Counted from the first letter of the whole stretch, positions 1 through 14,434 are shown. The stretch is DNA of 62,943 nt, filler included, from Octopus bimaculoides (GCF_001194135.2; 3 parts of 3 records of this genome joined end to end with filler, not necessarily neighbours in it); one strand, 5' to 3'. Numbers and translations are program-made. The notes: generated from the letters alone by a model not told the origin.

Positions 1-2084
1 TATATATATATATATGTATATGTATGTGTGTGTATATATATATGGTGGTTGTCTACTCCTTACAGAGAGTTTGACCACTTCCTGCACCTACACCTTAGTC
101 CTTTCATGTCGTCTAAATATATATACATAAATACATGTATATACCAGTATATGTACGTGTGTGCGCGCGTATTTAAGTGTGTGTGTGTTTGTTTTGAGTG
201 TGTAATCCGACCTCGGCAAACTTTGCGCACATTGGACGTAACTTTCCCTTTCCATTGACGAGGTTTTAATTTCGTGCCCTATCATTGTCGACTCTCGATC
301 AGAACACAAATTTCATGCGTTTCGTATCCGAGAAGCGTTTGGAAACCAACGCTGTGTTTGTCTACTGACACTACATACTCTAGATGACGTCCGCACAAGC
401 CGATGCAATTTGTTCTTAAGCTCAAGAGATTATTATTGAAGCCCAAATGTAAAATAGTTAGACGGCTGTAAACATCTGCATTCGCTATCACATTTATGCC
501 TAATAGCATAACGTTCTTGTGTAGGTGATTCAGCTTTCAAAATGATTTGAGGTCAAGTGATTTTGCACTATGTATTCTAAGTAAAGCCAAGGCATATCAA
601 TTCGTATTGTGAGAAGTTCACGTAAATGTCTTCTTTCGAAAGTCGAGCGACCCGGCCATTTATTTACAAGAAGGGATTTACATATATATTCTTATGTTCA
701 TTGTAACTAAGAAATCTACCATTCGCCATGACCGGATGTTTGTCTGGTTTTGACACGTGCATGCACCATTAGCCCTACAGATCTGAATTTGAAGCACCAC
801 AATGATAGAGACAATTAACCAGTTTTTGTTTTCAACATTTTCACTTTTCCCTTTTACACATGCCAACAGTATTTGCCAAGGAACGTGCGAAGATCACAAC
901 ATCACATTTACACTCTAATGAATAATGATATATAACCCTCGTGTCTAGTCAAAAATAAAGAAATATTCATCGATATACAAAATTCTGTATCCCTTCATAC
1001 GTGGTATGTAATAATCACATATTAGTGGGGTTGGTGGGTGAAGGAAATTCTAGATAATGTTCAAATCCCAAGTAATTAATCCCCGTCAAATAATTGCTTA
1101 AAAAAGCTGTGACACACAATCTATTTAATCATGAATGAGTTCTTAGCAAATGCAGTACATTTCAACACATATATAATATAATATAAACGAACATCAAAGA
1201 GAAAACATATTCAATATTAATCAACAGCAATACGGATAACGGTGCCGACGTAAAATTCATCTAAGTCTAAAAAGAAAGAACAAAAACATAAATGAATGAG
1301 AGCGTATATCAATGAAAAGTTTCCACAGAGTAATACAAGTATATAAACAAAAGCTAGTATAGAGAATGAAATACCATATATCAATATAAGTATACACACA
1401 GATACACACACACATACACATATGCATATATGGTCATACATATATGCACACTCATATACATACATACCCATATATACACATACTCACGCTTACATATTTA
1501 TGTGTGTGGCGGGGTGCAAGCTTGCAGGTAAATCCGTATGTTTGTAGGTTTTCACTTATGAGACAGATGCAGAGAAAGTTAGGGGAAATTGGGGGTGAGT
1601 GCGTGTGTATGTCTGTTTATTAAAAATTACTACATTTTTTTTTCTTTTGCTGCTTATATAAAGAGATCACTGGAAATAATGTTCGAATATGTGATATCAA
1701 TAATTAGTTAGATATAAAGCGGTGGTCGAGTAGATACTATACAATGCCGTACTGCGTATGCTATCGACCTAATTGCGATTTTTTTACATACTGAGTTCAG
1801 ATCTTACTCATGACAGCATTTCTGTATATCGCAAAATAGTAATTAATACACCTAAGGTGATTTATTTTTTGCCACTCTAAGTAGACTGATTAAAAATTGT
1901 TTTGAGTGTCGTTGAATAATTTAGTAAAGTGTTAACAGAATACACTGGAACGTGGTGTTCCGTATGCTTCCTAAAACTAGAGAAGAATCTAAAACTAAAT
2001 TTTCTGTACAAGGTACGGGATAATATACTACATTTTTTATAGAGGATCACATATTTTTGATATATTCCTCTCTTTTCTTTTCAG

Positions 2085-2162
2085 GCAACCGATATTACAC
2101 AAGGCAAAAGGAAATGCTGATACACTTGGTACTACTATCGTTGCTGGCGCTTTCGGCTGAAC
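2085..2162 (+). CDS. Putative first coding exon encoding a signal peptide (MLIHLVLLSLLALSAE, ATG at 2114); downstream exons not identified
   Basis: Strong acceptor ctcttttcttttcag ends at 2084; gaaATG; 16 codons with a Leu-rich hydrophobic core and an A-x-A-like end; phase-1 donor C|GTAAAT at 2163. Confidence 0.45.
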
Positions 2163-5100
2163 GTAAATGTCACCAATTTGCATCCATAGAATGCATTAAT
2201 GTTTATTTAGTCACAAATGATAAAAGACACAGTTGACCTCCAATGGATTTGAACTACAAAGAGAGACACCCAAAATCAGAAAAAATTCCCTATGTCATTC
2301 GAACCGGTGGTTAAACATCCCTACCAATACGCCACGTTAACAAAGCTATGTTGATTGCAAGTATGCGGTATAAGTATGTGATCGTGTATCCTGAACCTAC
2401 TTGAAGGTAAATGTCGCGAGATCTTCGAATTGAGTGAAAGCAATTTTAAATTATTCACGCTTTTCTAATCGTAAAAAAAAATAAAATTAATAAAAAGAGC
2501 GAAATGATCCGTTTTCTGTTTGATTAGAGAAATAATAGAATTACTTCATACCGATATAAAACCTTGCTGAGAGGATTCAGTCTCTTCCCAACGTAGCACA
2601 TTTAGGTCGGTGATGGACAATTTGCTTTTTCTTCTTCATTCTCTTCAATACACAGCCTACACACAGTTTCTTCATCTACAGATTCAATCTCGTGCATCAC
2701 AGAATCAATTGATTAGACAATATTTTGAGCAGAATGCTCAGTAACATAGATTAAAACACACCAATGCTTACTCACTGATTATTTCATGACTTCTTTTCTA
2801 AATGCACAACTTTGTAATGGTGAAATTACAACACTTTTACTTCAGAATATGTCACGTCAAAACACGTCCTGAAAAGATGCTCTGCGCGTAATTTTTAAAA
2901 CAATTCATGGTGTCTAGTGAAGGATTTGAATTAGGGATGTAGAGGGAATACACTTTGATAATATTAGACTCAATAAGTGTTGTAGTTATTGAGAGAAACT
3001 TCTACGCACTTGAGTTCTTCTTGGACAGTATAAGGACACTATATTTTCTTTCAACGGATCTTACAATGTCTAAGACACGCATCATGGAAATTGATTGCGC
3101 GCGTAATTCTTTGGGCATGGAAGTGAATGAAAATGATATAAATTGGCTGATGAAGGTAATTAGTTTGTGTTGGACCATTATCTATAAAAAGAAGAGCATT
3201 CTATGGGAGCAAACATTTTAGTGAACCATTTAGTAAACACGTTCCTCATTGTCCATTACCTTAGAGATTCAGACTCAATGAAAACCAAAACTTTTCTGCT
3301 TAATGTTCTTAAAAGAAATGGGATTTACTTAATGACAGCTTAGGAGTGGCTTCTCTTTCAAATCCACACAAGCATTAGTGCAAAAAAGTTCATTACAAGA
3401 TAATCTGGCTCATCCTAAGACAGATATCTACCTTGAGCATTTTTCTCTCAAAAATGTGAGGTCAGAACACAAATTACCCTCCTTCATAAGTTTACAAGAT
3501 TCAGTCAGATTTTTCTGAAGGAAATGAATGTCACTTAGCTGCTTTTTCCTACCTCGAATGCCAGAATAACTTTTTCATGATGCGAACGAACACTTTAAAG
3601 TTTGATAGGTTTCCTTCACCAGTCCCAGGTGCATGTCCTTTAAGCAGTTAGTAGCTTTATTTTTTATCTTTTTTCAATAATAAATGATTAACTCATTGAA
3701 TCACTAGCTAATTTGTTTTCTTTTATCTACTTTAGTAACATATTTTTGACTTTCATTCCAGCGTGAGTCTTAAATGGCTTTCATATGTCTTTCACTACTT
3801 TTCCTTCTTAGCTAATTTTTCTTCTTTAGATCGTACCAATTGTATATTTGGATGATCTACACTGCTTACTAAGTCCACTTAAATTGATGATCCTTTGTCT
3901 CTTAGAAATAAGTACCTTTGCTTTTCCCTGTACAAATGTTGTTAATTAGGAGTTTTGTTTCTAAAATGGTGAGTATATTTATTAAAAGTATAAAAAATAA
4001 AAAAGTAATTTTTCTTCGAAAACCTTCAACCCATCCAAATGAAAACCATAATAATGCAATAAATTCGATGCAAGAATTGCGGTAAGCATCAAGCCACTTG
4101 GTTCCTTTACGTTTTGTTTATTTCTACTTTGGATGCGAATCACCATATCAATAAAAGTTGTGTGTGAAGAAAGGGAAAGAATCCAACACATTTGTTGCAA
4201 ACTTACATTAACTTAAATTCTAATATATGTATTCCGTCGAATAGAAATCATTCGTCTCTATGATTTTCTTCGTAATCACAGTAGGGAAGTGCATCCTTCA
4301 ATGTAATGAATTTAATTTTTAGTTTTATCTGTAACTTTATATATCAGGTATTTCTGTGGTACTGTCTAATACTGTATTTGCAAAATTTAATTTTCTTCTT
4401 TCAAAAAGGGAATTGCTCTTCCCTTGCTACAATGCTTCTGCTACTGTAAGCTTTTGAATTACTGTATTATTTATCCTGCAGTAGTGAGTTCAGTCTTACT
4501 TAAGATAGCACTCACAAAATTGGTTCATATATAATAATTGTATTGCAATGCATATTGGAGGGAAATACCGACCAAGGTGTCACAAAAATTCTTTAAGTGT
4601 ATTAGAATGTGGCATCCATCTCTAAGGACGCAGCACTGTTCCTCTGTCGGGAAACGAACTGTTTAGTGGCATCTAATGCTCAAAATACCTCTCCCAGCAC
4701 CATGTTGTTGTCTGGTAGCCGAGCGACTTATAACAAAATAATCAACATTTCTATCACCTTCATAAAATTTAAGTGTAGAACAAGTGAAGCGTCACAATCA
4801 TCGAAAATATTGAGATTAATTCTAATAGCGGAACATTTTAAAAGTTCACTTTGTCCGGGACAGTTGAAATTAAGAGCGGTAACTACTTTACTTATGCACA
4901 AAATGATTGCTGATGCGTGAATTGGAAAGTTGAATGTGCGAATTAACTAGAGAGACGGAATAGTGTTATAAGCCGAATGAAAATACAGAAATGAAAGAGA
5001 TTTTTTCGACAAAGAAATCAAACCAAAACTAAAAAACAAAACGAGACGCAGAAACAGAAATGTATAAAACAGTATAGAAAAACAATAAATAACTAATATA

Positions 5101-6346
5101 AAGGAGTAGAAAATTGAAAATTCACTGAGGCGTGTCTTTAATGAAAACGAAAATCTTTTTTCCTATTTCATTGAAATGATTGGTCAAAGAAAGAGCTTCA
5201 ACACATGCAGAAATTTAGATTTACACAACTATAATATCCCACACCCAATCATTGACGCTTCTGAATTAAGTCGAAATATCATATTTCTAATTTTATTCAA
5301 CCCTGGAGTAAACAGAGCTCTATGTCCGTATTAAGGACATTATGTACGATATAATAAAATTTCTCTCTCACCGAAAGAAATGACAATTGAAATTGAGGAA
5401 TTGTTTTCGTTGATTTTAGAGTCAAAATATCTTGAAAAAACTTTTCCAAACATTTTTCAAATTAATTCGCCATCGTCATAATCATAAACATCATTAGAAT
5501 CGTCGTAGTCGTCGTCGTCGTCGTCATCATCATCATCATCATCGTCAACAAGTTTATCGTTTATGAAACTGATTGTTTTCACTTTGTTATTGTTGCTCTT
5601 CATCTAACAATTTCTTTCATATATTTTTTCGTCCAAATTCCATTTTCTAATTTTGATTTACTTCAGTTCTTCAGATTTTTCCGCACTTCTATCTTTAACT
5701 TGCTTTAACTTTTTTTTATCTGTTTCTTCTCCCTTATAACGGTGTTTGATTGCCCTATTAAATAACCTGATGAAACAACCATTTAAATTCGGATTACCTC
5801 CGGCCATATACTTCAAGTATATTTTAGAGGTTTCAGTTTGCAATAGAAAGAAATGAAATAATCAACACTTAATGAAGTGTTTTATGTATTTTGTTTTATC
5901 AAAATCAACTTAGGACGTTCACAGAAATTTTCTTTTCTTTTTTTTTTTTATAAACTATTTGACTTCTGTTCACTCTTAACAGAATTGTTTTTACCTTCTA
6001 TCAAATTATGTCCTTTATATACATTTTAAAACTTTTCAATAATTGCCATTTTCGCTGAATGATGATGTCAAATTATTTTATTAATATATTATATATAGAA
6101 CATAAAAGTTATAGTATTTGACAAACCATTCAATAACTTACATAAAAGTAGTTGATCTCAAAGAAATTACATTAGTTACAGTAGCTATGCTAGAATGTAT
6201 TGAGTGCATATAAAATAAAATATATATTTCCTTACAAAATTAATATACCATTTAATTTGTTTATATTACATAAATGATATTTTTTTAATATTATAGTGGA
6301 TTCTGAATATCTTGCCATTATTCGTGTGCCCGTCAACGTAAATGTT

Positions 6347-6562
6347 CGAGAGGGTGCTGAAAAGTTCTTGGCTTTAAGTGAACTGCAAAAAACCAACTTG
6401 GCGGCCCTACATTCAAAGTTATTTCAGAGGGCTGAGAAAAACTGGAAGACCGCTGCAATAAGTGTGTGAATTTGAGAGGGGAATATGTTGAACAAATAAT
6501 AATTAAATGATCCTCCTACATCTACTTTTATCCAAAGCCAGGATATTTTCAGCACCCTGTCG
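6347..6562 (+). mobile_element. Mariner-derived MITE / internally deleted element
   Basis: Imperfect TIRs cgagagggtgctgaaaagttcttggcttt and aaagccaggatattttcagcaccctgtcg, followed by TA; the interior encodes LEDRCNKCVNLRGEYVE, resembling the mariner transposase C-terminus. Confidence 0.75.
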
Positions 6563-8134
6563 TATATTTATATATGTATATGTATATGTATATAATGTGT
6601 GTGCGTCTGTGTGTGTGCGCACGTGAGTGCGTGTACTCTTTGAAATATGAGACATAATTTGTATGTATGTATATTTTGTGCACTATGCCGCATAAATTCA
6701 TTATTTCACATATTTTTATTTCACAGCTGACTGTATGTCTTGTCAATAAGTTCATCTCAAGCAAATATAATTGATAGTATTTTAGGGACACGCAAAGGAG
6801 ATTCTGTGAAGTTCATACATTTCTGGAAAAGTTAGTGTTCAATAAAGCACAGCTGTGACTTACATAATCATGAATTGATACAACATTTGTATGTTTTAAG
6901 GTTTTTAATAAGTTAAACGTTGTATTTCAATATGAAAGTGACAAAATCTAACGAAATATAAATAACTAGTAAGAAACTGAAATTCATAGAAGACATGAAT
7001 ACAAACATACACACACACATATTCACAAATATTTGTGTCTAGATAGATGTATGTGTGTGTGTCTCTGAGTGTATTTATATATATACATATACACATATAT
7101 ATACATATTCACATATATACAGACAGACATACATGCATGTATGCTGTATGCATTTCAGTTAATAATTATATGTTAAATTGTCCAGTTCTACAGTTCTATT
7201 TGGAGAACATTATGATGCAGTTTAAGTAGTCTGTGAAATTACACACTAAAAGTACATCAATATATGTTTAATAGCAAAAACAATAAATACACTACATTAC
7301 TTGTTTTAACTCTTTTGAAATATTATTCAGTTTGATAATTGCAATTCTTACAGCAATAAATTAATAAATAGTTGTGAAAAAAAAAGACAAAATAAATAAA
7401 TATATAACATTCTATCATAAACATATCAAAATATACGATAAAATCTAAATGTACGATAAAATCTTGAAAAAAAAAAAAAGAAACAACTAAAACAAATGTG
7501 AACTAAATAAAACATATATAAAAATAATTGGAAAGATGAAAATAAAAACAACATAATCAAATCGTAAATGAATATAAAAATGTAATTGTAATGTTTGTTT
7601 TAGCAGAAAATTAATCGAATAAGCAGTTAGTATTTGTCTGAAACAATTTAAATTGATGGTGATTGTTACAAGTTCACTACAAATATTTTGTTATATAAAT
7701 TTATTTTGCAAGTTTCTAATTTAAAATCTTAGCTGAAATGTACCTATTTATCTACTTGTATGCATATTTATTTAGTGATATATTTTTCCTTATTCTTTCC
7801 TATTTCTTCCATTCTTGCACTCTCTATTAATGATTTATGACTATAAAAGTGACAAAATATTTTACTTACATAAAGCATTTAAAATGCAGAATGTTTCCTG
7901 TCTTTCGTAAATGTATGCTGTCTTATATCTTTTCATTTCATTTTATCTCAAGCTTCATCTTTTCACTTTCTGAAATTTGTGTCTGTTTCCATTTCCTTTG
8001 TAAATTTTACTAATTCTCTCCTCTATTAGTGGTTAACTTGGCATTGCACTCATATCTATAAATTGTTGTATTTATCATTATGCAATAATAAAACAATTTA
8101 TTTCCTTACTTATATGCATATATATATGTATATA

Positions 8135-8184
<50 letters not shown>

Positions 8185-8213
8185 AAATATACGTATATAT
8201 ATANNNNNNNNNN

Positions 8214-8550
8214 GCAATAGCCCAGTAGTTAGGGCAGCGCACTCGCGGGCACAGGATCGATTCCTAGACCGGGCGTTGTGAGGGTTTATTTAGCGAAAAC
8301 ACCAAAATCTTCACGAGGCTCTGGCAGGGGGTGGAGACCCCCCCTGTACTTTTTCACCACAACTTTCTCACAACTTTCAAACGGCCAGCCTTGTCACACT
8401 CTGTGTCCCGCTGAATCTCCCCGAGAACTACGTTAAGGTTACACGTGTCTGTGGAGTGCTCAGCCACTTGCGCGTTAATTTCACGAGCAAGTTTTTTCCG
8501 TTGATCGGATCAACTGGAACCCTCGTCGTCGTAACCGACTGAGTACCAAT
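8214..8550 (+). mobile_element. tRNA-derived SINE (family 3; same family as 24696-25076)
   Basis: A/B-box-like head (cccagtagttagggc...cgattcctagacc) and near colinearity with the TSD-bounded copy at 24696; 5' end lost in a gap. Confidence 0.85.
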
Positions 8551-9318
8551 ATGCACGAATGAATATGCACACACACACACACAAATACAATCGCGTGTGC
8601 GCAACATAACCGTCGGTCAAATTGTAAGAAAGCATTTTGATGAGAAATAACGCATTTTCATCAAGTTATTTCGCATACATTTATTATTAAGGTAGATGAC
8701 ATTTGCACCGTTTCACTGTATACACTAATTTCTAAAGACTGTCGTTAAAAATTCTAATTCTTGCAGGTTCGTGAGCATGTTTATTTCCTGTGATCAAAGT
8801 TCGAATCGCATCATTGTCTGCATTATGTTACATTAGGAATATATTGAATTGTGTAGCTACTTTAACTGTCCCTGGCAATGTCTATAAAGGAACAGAAATT
8901 ACGTAAGGTGAGTCAAACAAAATATATATTCTATTGTATCAACTTCAATGTCGTCGATATGAGCGTTCGGATAGTCATTGTCAGTACATTTAAAGACTGA
9001 GAAGTAGTGTGCAACAATGCATTTTGTGATTTATAAAAAAGTTCTAATTTTAGATGGAACTTGGATAATCATGAAGCACTTGGTTACATGACGCATGGCG
9101 CACGAATTTCAACTACTCATATTAGGGTCAAAATTCAATAAATAACTCTAAAATGTGAAATGATTTTAGTGATTAGAAGAAAGTAATTTGATGACGTACC
9201 ACTGAATATTCATTATCTAAGTATAACCATGTTGTGGCGAGAATGCGACACCCTCAGATGAGAATAGACGGGGCCACTTCATATAAATAGTGTGATGTAG
9301 TCGGCAGTTCGTAGTTTC

Positions 9319-10530
9319 GTAGTTGCTTGCCCTGATTCGTGGTTAAACAAGTTGGAACGCCTTCTCTTTCGCTTTTTGTGGAAGGGAGGAAAACCCCTTG
9401 TGAGGCGATCTGTCTGCTGTCAAGAACCGCTAAAGGGTGGGCTAGCGATGCAGTGGCTGAGGATCCACAATCATGCGCTGAGGCTGAGACACCTCTGGCT
9501 CTACCTGGGGGCTGACCAGGTACGGAATTCACTGGCGGAGAAATTCCTTCCGCGACCTGCTTCTTTGGAGAGATTCAAATCCGAGTTCATTAAAAGACAA
9601 AATCTAGCGAAATGGCAAAAAGAGTACCGACAGGCACTCGCGCTAATCCATAGGGCAGGCAAGGTCGGCAGTTGGAATACTACCTCGGTAGTATATAGAG
9701 GGTTTGTAGAGTTCAAGAGGGATGACGTCCTAGGAGATGCCCGGGGACTCGATGACGAGCAAGTAGCCAACCTATTTAAAAGAACTTTCTGGTCGGGGTA
9801 CCTGGATAATTAACAAAAACTCCTGACTTGGCAGTACTACAAGTGTGCTCTACCTATTCGGGATAAACTGTCCAGATACGGAGTGTCTGTTCCACCAGTA
9901 TACCTAACGTGCGAGTGGCATGATAAAACCGTTCTGCACGCCCTTCTTCAGTGTCCGGAGATTTCAGGACTGACAGTTTAAGCAGAACACGTGCTGTCCC
10001 ATCTAGGAAGTGTACAGCTATCAGCTGAATTCATGATTAAGATTGTACCGCAACCCGGACTGACAAAGGATGGTGAGGCATGTGTATTATGCACAGTTGC
10101 TGTTGTGAAAGAGTGTATATCGAGAATGAGATTGAAAGGAATCATGACGGGAACCTTCATCTCGGGCCCTGGTTTGCTGTACTACTTCAGGTATCATGGC
10201 TAGAGAGGAGACACCTGTCGCGAAGTATATTCGAGAAGAGATAGAAGGATGTAGTAAGGAAGTTGTCTGTGTGTACGTCCCTGCTTAATCTCACTGGGTA
10301 AAAAGACAATGGGTAGCCGTTGGACTAGATGACTAGAGGCTAAAACAGAATTTTTTATATAAAAATTGTAAACATAAAAGGAAAAAACAAAAGGAAAAAA
10401 CTGTAAAAAATTTAAAATTCATCCTTCATATGTATATATTTTTTAAGAACAATATAAAATAAGAACTCATAAAAGCTTTATTTGTTTTGTAATGTCTTTA
10501 TTGCCCTTTCTGTATTTGACGGAATAAGTA
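9319..10530 (+). mobile_element. 5'-truncated Tx1/L1-clade LINE: ORF2 C-terminal region (decayed) plus A-rich 3' UTR
   Basis: Translation LERLLFRFLWKGGKPLVRRSVCCQEPLKGGLAM... followed by ALPIRDKL and a zinc-binding-like segment CEWHDKTVLHALLQCP, typical of the L1/Tx1 post-RT domain; in-frame stops at 9813 and 10203. Confidence 0.8.
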
Positions 10531-11142
10531 TGATATCTTCACACGATACTGCTAATGACACTGTTGTTAAATGGCAACAGACACTCTATTCATGTTCTTA
10601 TATGCTTCCTTTAACTGGACACAATTGGCAGTAGGGAAGCATGGTTCTGTCTTATCTAATAAACGTTCCTCAACTTTCTATGTGATAATTCAACGAAGAG
10701 ACCTCATTCAAAATTGTTTATATCATCGCAAAATGAGGTAAGACCATCAACTGTGAACATTTTCCACAACTGATATTCAATCTAACTGGCGTTTCACATT
10801 TTGGTTAAGTTCATTGCCTGTCCACAATTTTAAAGTGTGAGTTTCTGCTTTCAATTTAGACAGTGACAAAACTCTAGCTAGATCATTCAAGCCTGATTGC
10901 ATATTTTCTAAAGTTGCGTTTTCAGGTGCATTAGAATCTATTAATATATCAACACTTTCCCCCTTCACCATTTATTTTTAATCATATACGAAAGCGTGCT
11001 TAGATTAGACTACGGGATAAATACAAATTTAGACAGAAAGAAACATGTCAGCTCATTGTAAGACTTCTTGAAATGGAGGTGGAAAACATTGAAAACAACG
11101 ACTATTTCATAGAGAATAGAGCTAGTATATGTAAATATAGAT

Positions 11143-11215
<73 letters not shown>

Positions 11216-11502
11216 CGAGAGAGAGAGAGAGAGCGAGAGAGAGAGGCAGCTGGCATAGGAATAATTCCAAGTGGCTATCTGTTTTCCTATCTGTTCGTTC
11301 CGTTGTCTAGTTCATTTTTCTAACGTCCTGTACCCTGATATGCATCTATATACACATGTAGATGTAAGTATGTACATATATGTGTGTATACATGCATATA
11401 TATTCTTTGTATTATATATATATATATATATATATNNNNNNNNNNNNNNNNNNNNNNNNNNNNNNNNNNNNNNNNNNNNNNNNCCTCTAATTTTCAATTT
11501 AC

Positions 11503-11534
<32 letters not shown>

Positions 11535-11768
11535 CGAATATTTCATAGAGATTTCCTCCAGATACCAAAACGAGGGTCAACTTCAAGAAACTGTCAAGTA
11601 TCGTTCAAATTATTATTTGAGAAAATAAAGGAAAAGCACATCCTATATTATAATTTCAATACTCTATTTATCAAGTCAGGATGATTATGGCTGAAGCAAC
11701 TTTGATCAAATAGCTGCTCGAGCAGACAATTACAACAACAACAAAAAAAATCAAGAAATATTATTTTC

Positions 11769-11923
11769 TACTCTAGGCACAAGGCCCGAAATTTTGTGGG
11801 AGGGGGCCAGCCGATTAGATCGAATACAATACGCAACTGGTACTTAGTTTATCGACCCTGAAAGAATGTGAGGCAAATTCGACCTCGGCGGAATTTGAAC
11901 CCAGAACCTTAAGACAGACGAAA
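11769..11923 (-). mobile_element. tRNA-derived SINE (family 2), partial
   Basis: Reverse complement matches the TSD-bounded copy at 32635-32851 (gttctgagttcaaattcc...gccttgtgcctag). Confidence 0.75.
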
Positions 11924-13417
11924 ATATTTATAAATATTAGATTATCAATGCTACGTATCAGGAAACAAACGGTATTACCTCTAAATGCAGAAACAGCAAC
12001 GCAGTTTGGATGCATTATGGTTGCTCTACCTCAACTTTTCCAAACCCAAGCCACTGGGAAATCGCAAACTATTATTCTAAATAAGGTGTCTTTCAAGAAG
12101 TCACAGAAAAACACTGAAGTGTTCGTATAATTATTTACATTCAATTATTTACACTTAAAGTGAACGAAGAATACTTGTTTGGGTTTAATAGGTTCATTTA
12201 CGGTACCAAGAATACTTATTGTAATGTATGTATGTATGTAGTGTAATAACTGTCATGGAATTTCATATTCAGCGTTAGATGTGTGTCTTAATCCGTAAAG
12301 CAAGTTAACACATTTCTTCTTTGTTGATGAAAATCACATATAAGTGTATAGTTGTATAGGTGCTATAGAATATTGCTGTATGGTCATGTGTATCACACGA
12401 CTATATACTTATTTTTGTTTGATTTCATATTTACAAAATGTTGAGTTGTAAGTTTGAATGTATATTTGTATGTAAATATATGTATGTGAGTTTTATATTT
12501 ATGTATGTATAAATATATGTATATGTATGAATCACACTATGTATTTTATGTGTAATAAGCATTTTTCTGTGTACAGTTAAGTGTTATTATGTGCGTCAAT
12601 TGCTGTGTCAATAGTTTCCCGGGAGTTCTCTCAAAAATTCAGTGTCAAAACCTATTTAACATCGAGTGTAGTGAGACGAACATTTGTGAATGCAAAACCT
12701 GCTGGAAAGCTATCTTAGTATTTTCAATAAACCAAAATACATAGAAATAAAATAACAGAAAAAAAAATGACCAGCAAACAATCTGAGAGATTCATTTTTT
12801 ATTTTTGTTTTTGTATATATAATATTGGCATTTCCTTTCTGTCCATTTTCACAAGAACGCTCTGAATTTTTCCTAGTCACGAAAACCTCAACATAAAATT
12901 AGTTTAAAAGACATTTTAGTGTTGTTTTTAATCGAACGGAAGGGCATTATGAAGAATCATTCATCAATATTAAGTAGACACATACCTTTGCACACACACA
13001 CACACACACAACAAGCACGCACGGAAACACACACACACACACACATACACACATACGGGCGAACATTTTTGCAAACAGATAGAGAATCATACACACAAAA
13101 TAGAACACAACGAAAGAAACGCATCCGCAGATATTTGCATCTATGTCAGTATGAGTTTGTCTGCATGCGAGTATACAGTGGAACGTGTATGTAGTAAAAT
13201 AGTCGCACACATATAATCTGCCATCATTAGGCAAACACACTGACTTACACAAATCATCCGCGCGCACGCGCAAGCATACACACGCAAACACATACACACA
13301 TATGCATCTACACTTCAATATATATATATCTGTGAGTGAAATCGCTTGTGTGTACGTCTATGTTTAGGAATTTGTATGCGTAAACGTATAGATGAATGGA
13401 GCTAGTATATGTAAATA

Positions 13418-13476
<59 letters not shown>

Positions 13477-13599
13477 AACATATAGGTACGGTTAAATATA
13501 TGTGAGCGTGTGTATATGTATATGTGTTTGTCTGTGTATGTTTGTGTGTATGCACATATATGCAAGTGTTTGTGCGCAGAGAGACAGGTATAAATGAGA

Positions 13600-13745
13600 C
13601 GCAAACGACTAATGATAAAGTAATAATAATAATAATAATAATAATAATAGCAGTTATAATGCTGCTGCTAATGATGATGATGGTGATGATGATGATGACG
13701 ACGCTGACGATGACGACGACGAAGATGATGATGCTGATGATGAAA
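13600..13745. repeat. Compound trinucleotide microsatellite (AAT)n/(GAT)n/(GAC)n
   Basis: Directly visible tandem triplets. Confidence 0.9.
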
Positions 13746-14259
13746 CTAGCAGTGGCGTAAAAAACAAAATGTAGATTGTAAAGAGGAAAAAAATTATGAA
13801 GGACAGAAAATAGGTGTAAGTTAGAGGTATATAGGCAGAGAGTGACAGAGAGACCCAATAAAACTGAATTTTTTTAGTTTCTTTTAGTTTCGTTGAAGGA
13901 ATGCAAGATGGGAGTATTATGTTCAACGGGAATATTTTCTTTGTCATCAATAATCGTTAAGACCGACGTGGAAACTGACGGTGGGACGAAGAGGTGTGTA
14001 GTGTGAAAGAGATTATTTCATTGTTGTAAGTGGTGTGGGTGCGGCATAACGAGAAGATAAAAGAAGTAAAAGAGCAAGAAGATGAAGCGGCTGTAAAAAA
14101 AAGAGAAAATAGTGAAATACATGTAGGTATAAAGATGCCAAATGAAACGGGAAAGATTGCTTATACACACAGATACGCACATAAAAATGCACATGTGCAT
14201 ATATATATATATACGTATGTGTATGATTGTGTGCATGTCCTTCTGATGATATATATATA

Positions 14260-14359
14260 NNNNNNNNNNNNNNNNNNNNNNNNNNNNNNNNNNNNNNNNN
14301 NNNTTAATTAATTAANNNNNNNNNNNNNNNNNNNNNNNNNNNNNNNNNNNNNNNNNNNN
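14260..14359. other. Artificial 100-bp scaffold spacer (44 N + TTAATTAATTAA + 44 N)
   Basis: Identical 44/12/44 layout at 44806-44905; the 12-mer puts stops in all six frames. Confidence 0.9.

Positions 14360-14434
<75 letters not shown>

Noticed and set aside
282-509. LTILHLGFNNNL, resembling one LRR unit
   Set aside because: Single unit, no splice context, no repeat neighbours
9230-10579. Possible solo LTR (TGTTG...CAACA with TATA) interrupted by the Tx1-like fragment
   Set aside because: No matching TSD and no second copy, PBS or PPT
10777-10971. Minus-strand ORF with a vaguely VWA-like start (VDILIDS...)
   Set aside because: No DxSxS MIDAS motif and no usable acceptor or donor
12577-12747. 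Cys-rich open frame after a cag acceptor
   Set aside because: TG-rich non-coding DNA inflates Cys; wrong phase for the 2162 donor; no known Cys pattern
14304-14315. Palindromic TTAATTAATTAA (also 44850-44861), resembling a piggyBac or PacI site
   Set aside because: Centred in exactly 100-bp N-padded spacers; assembly linker
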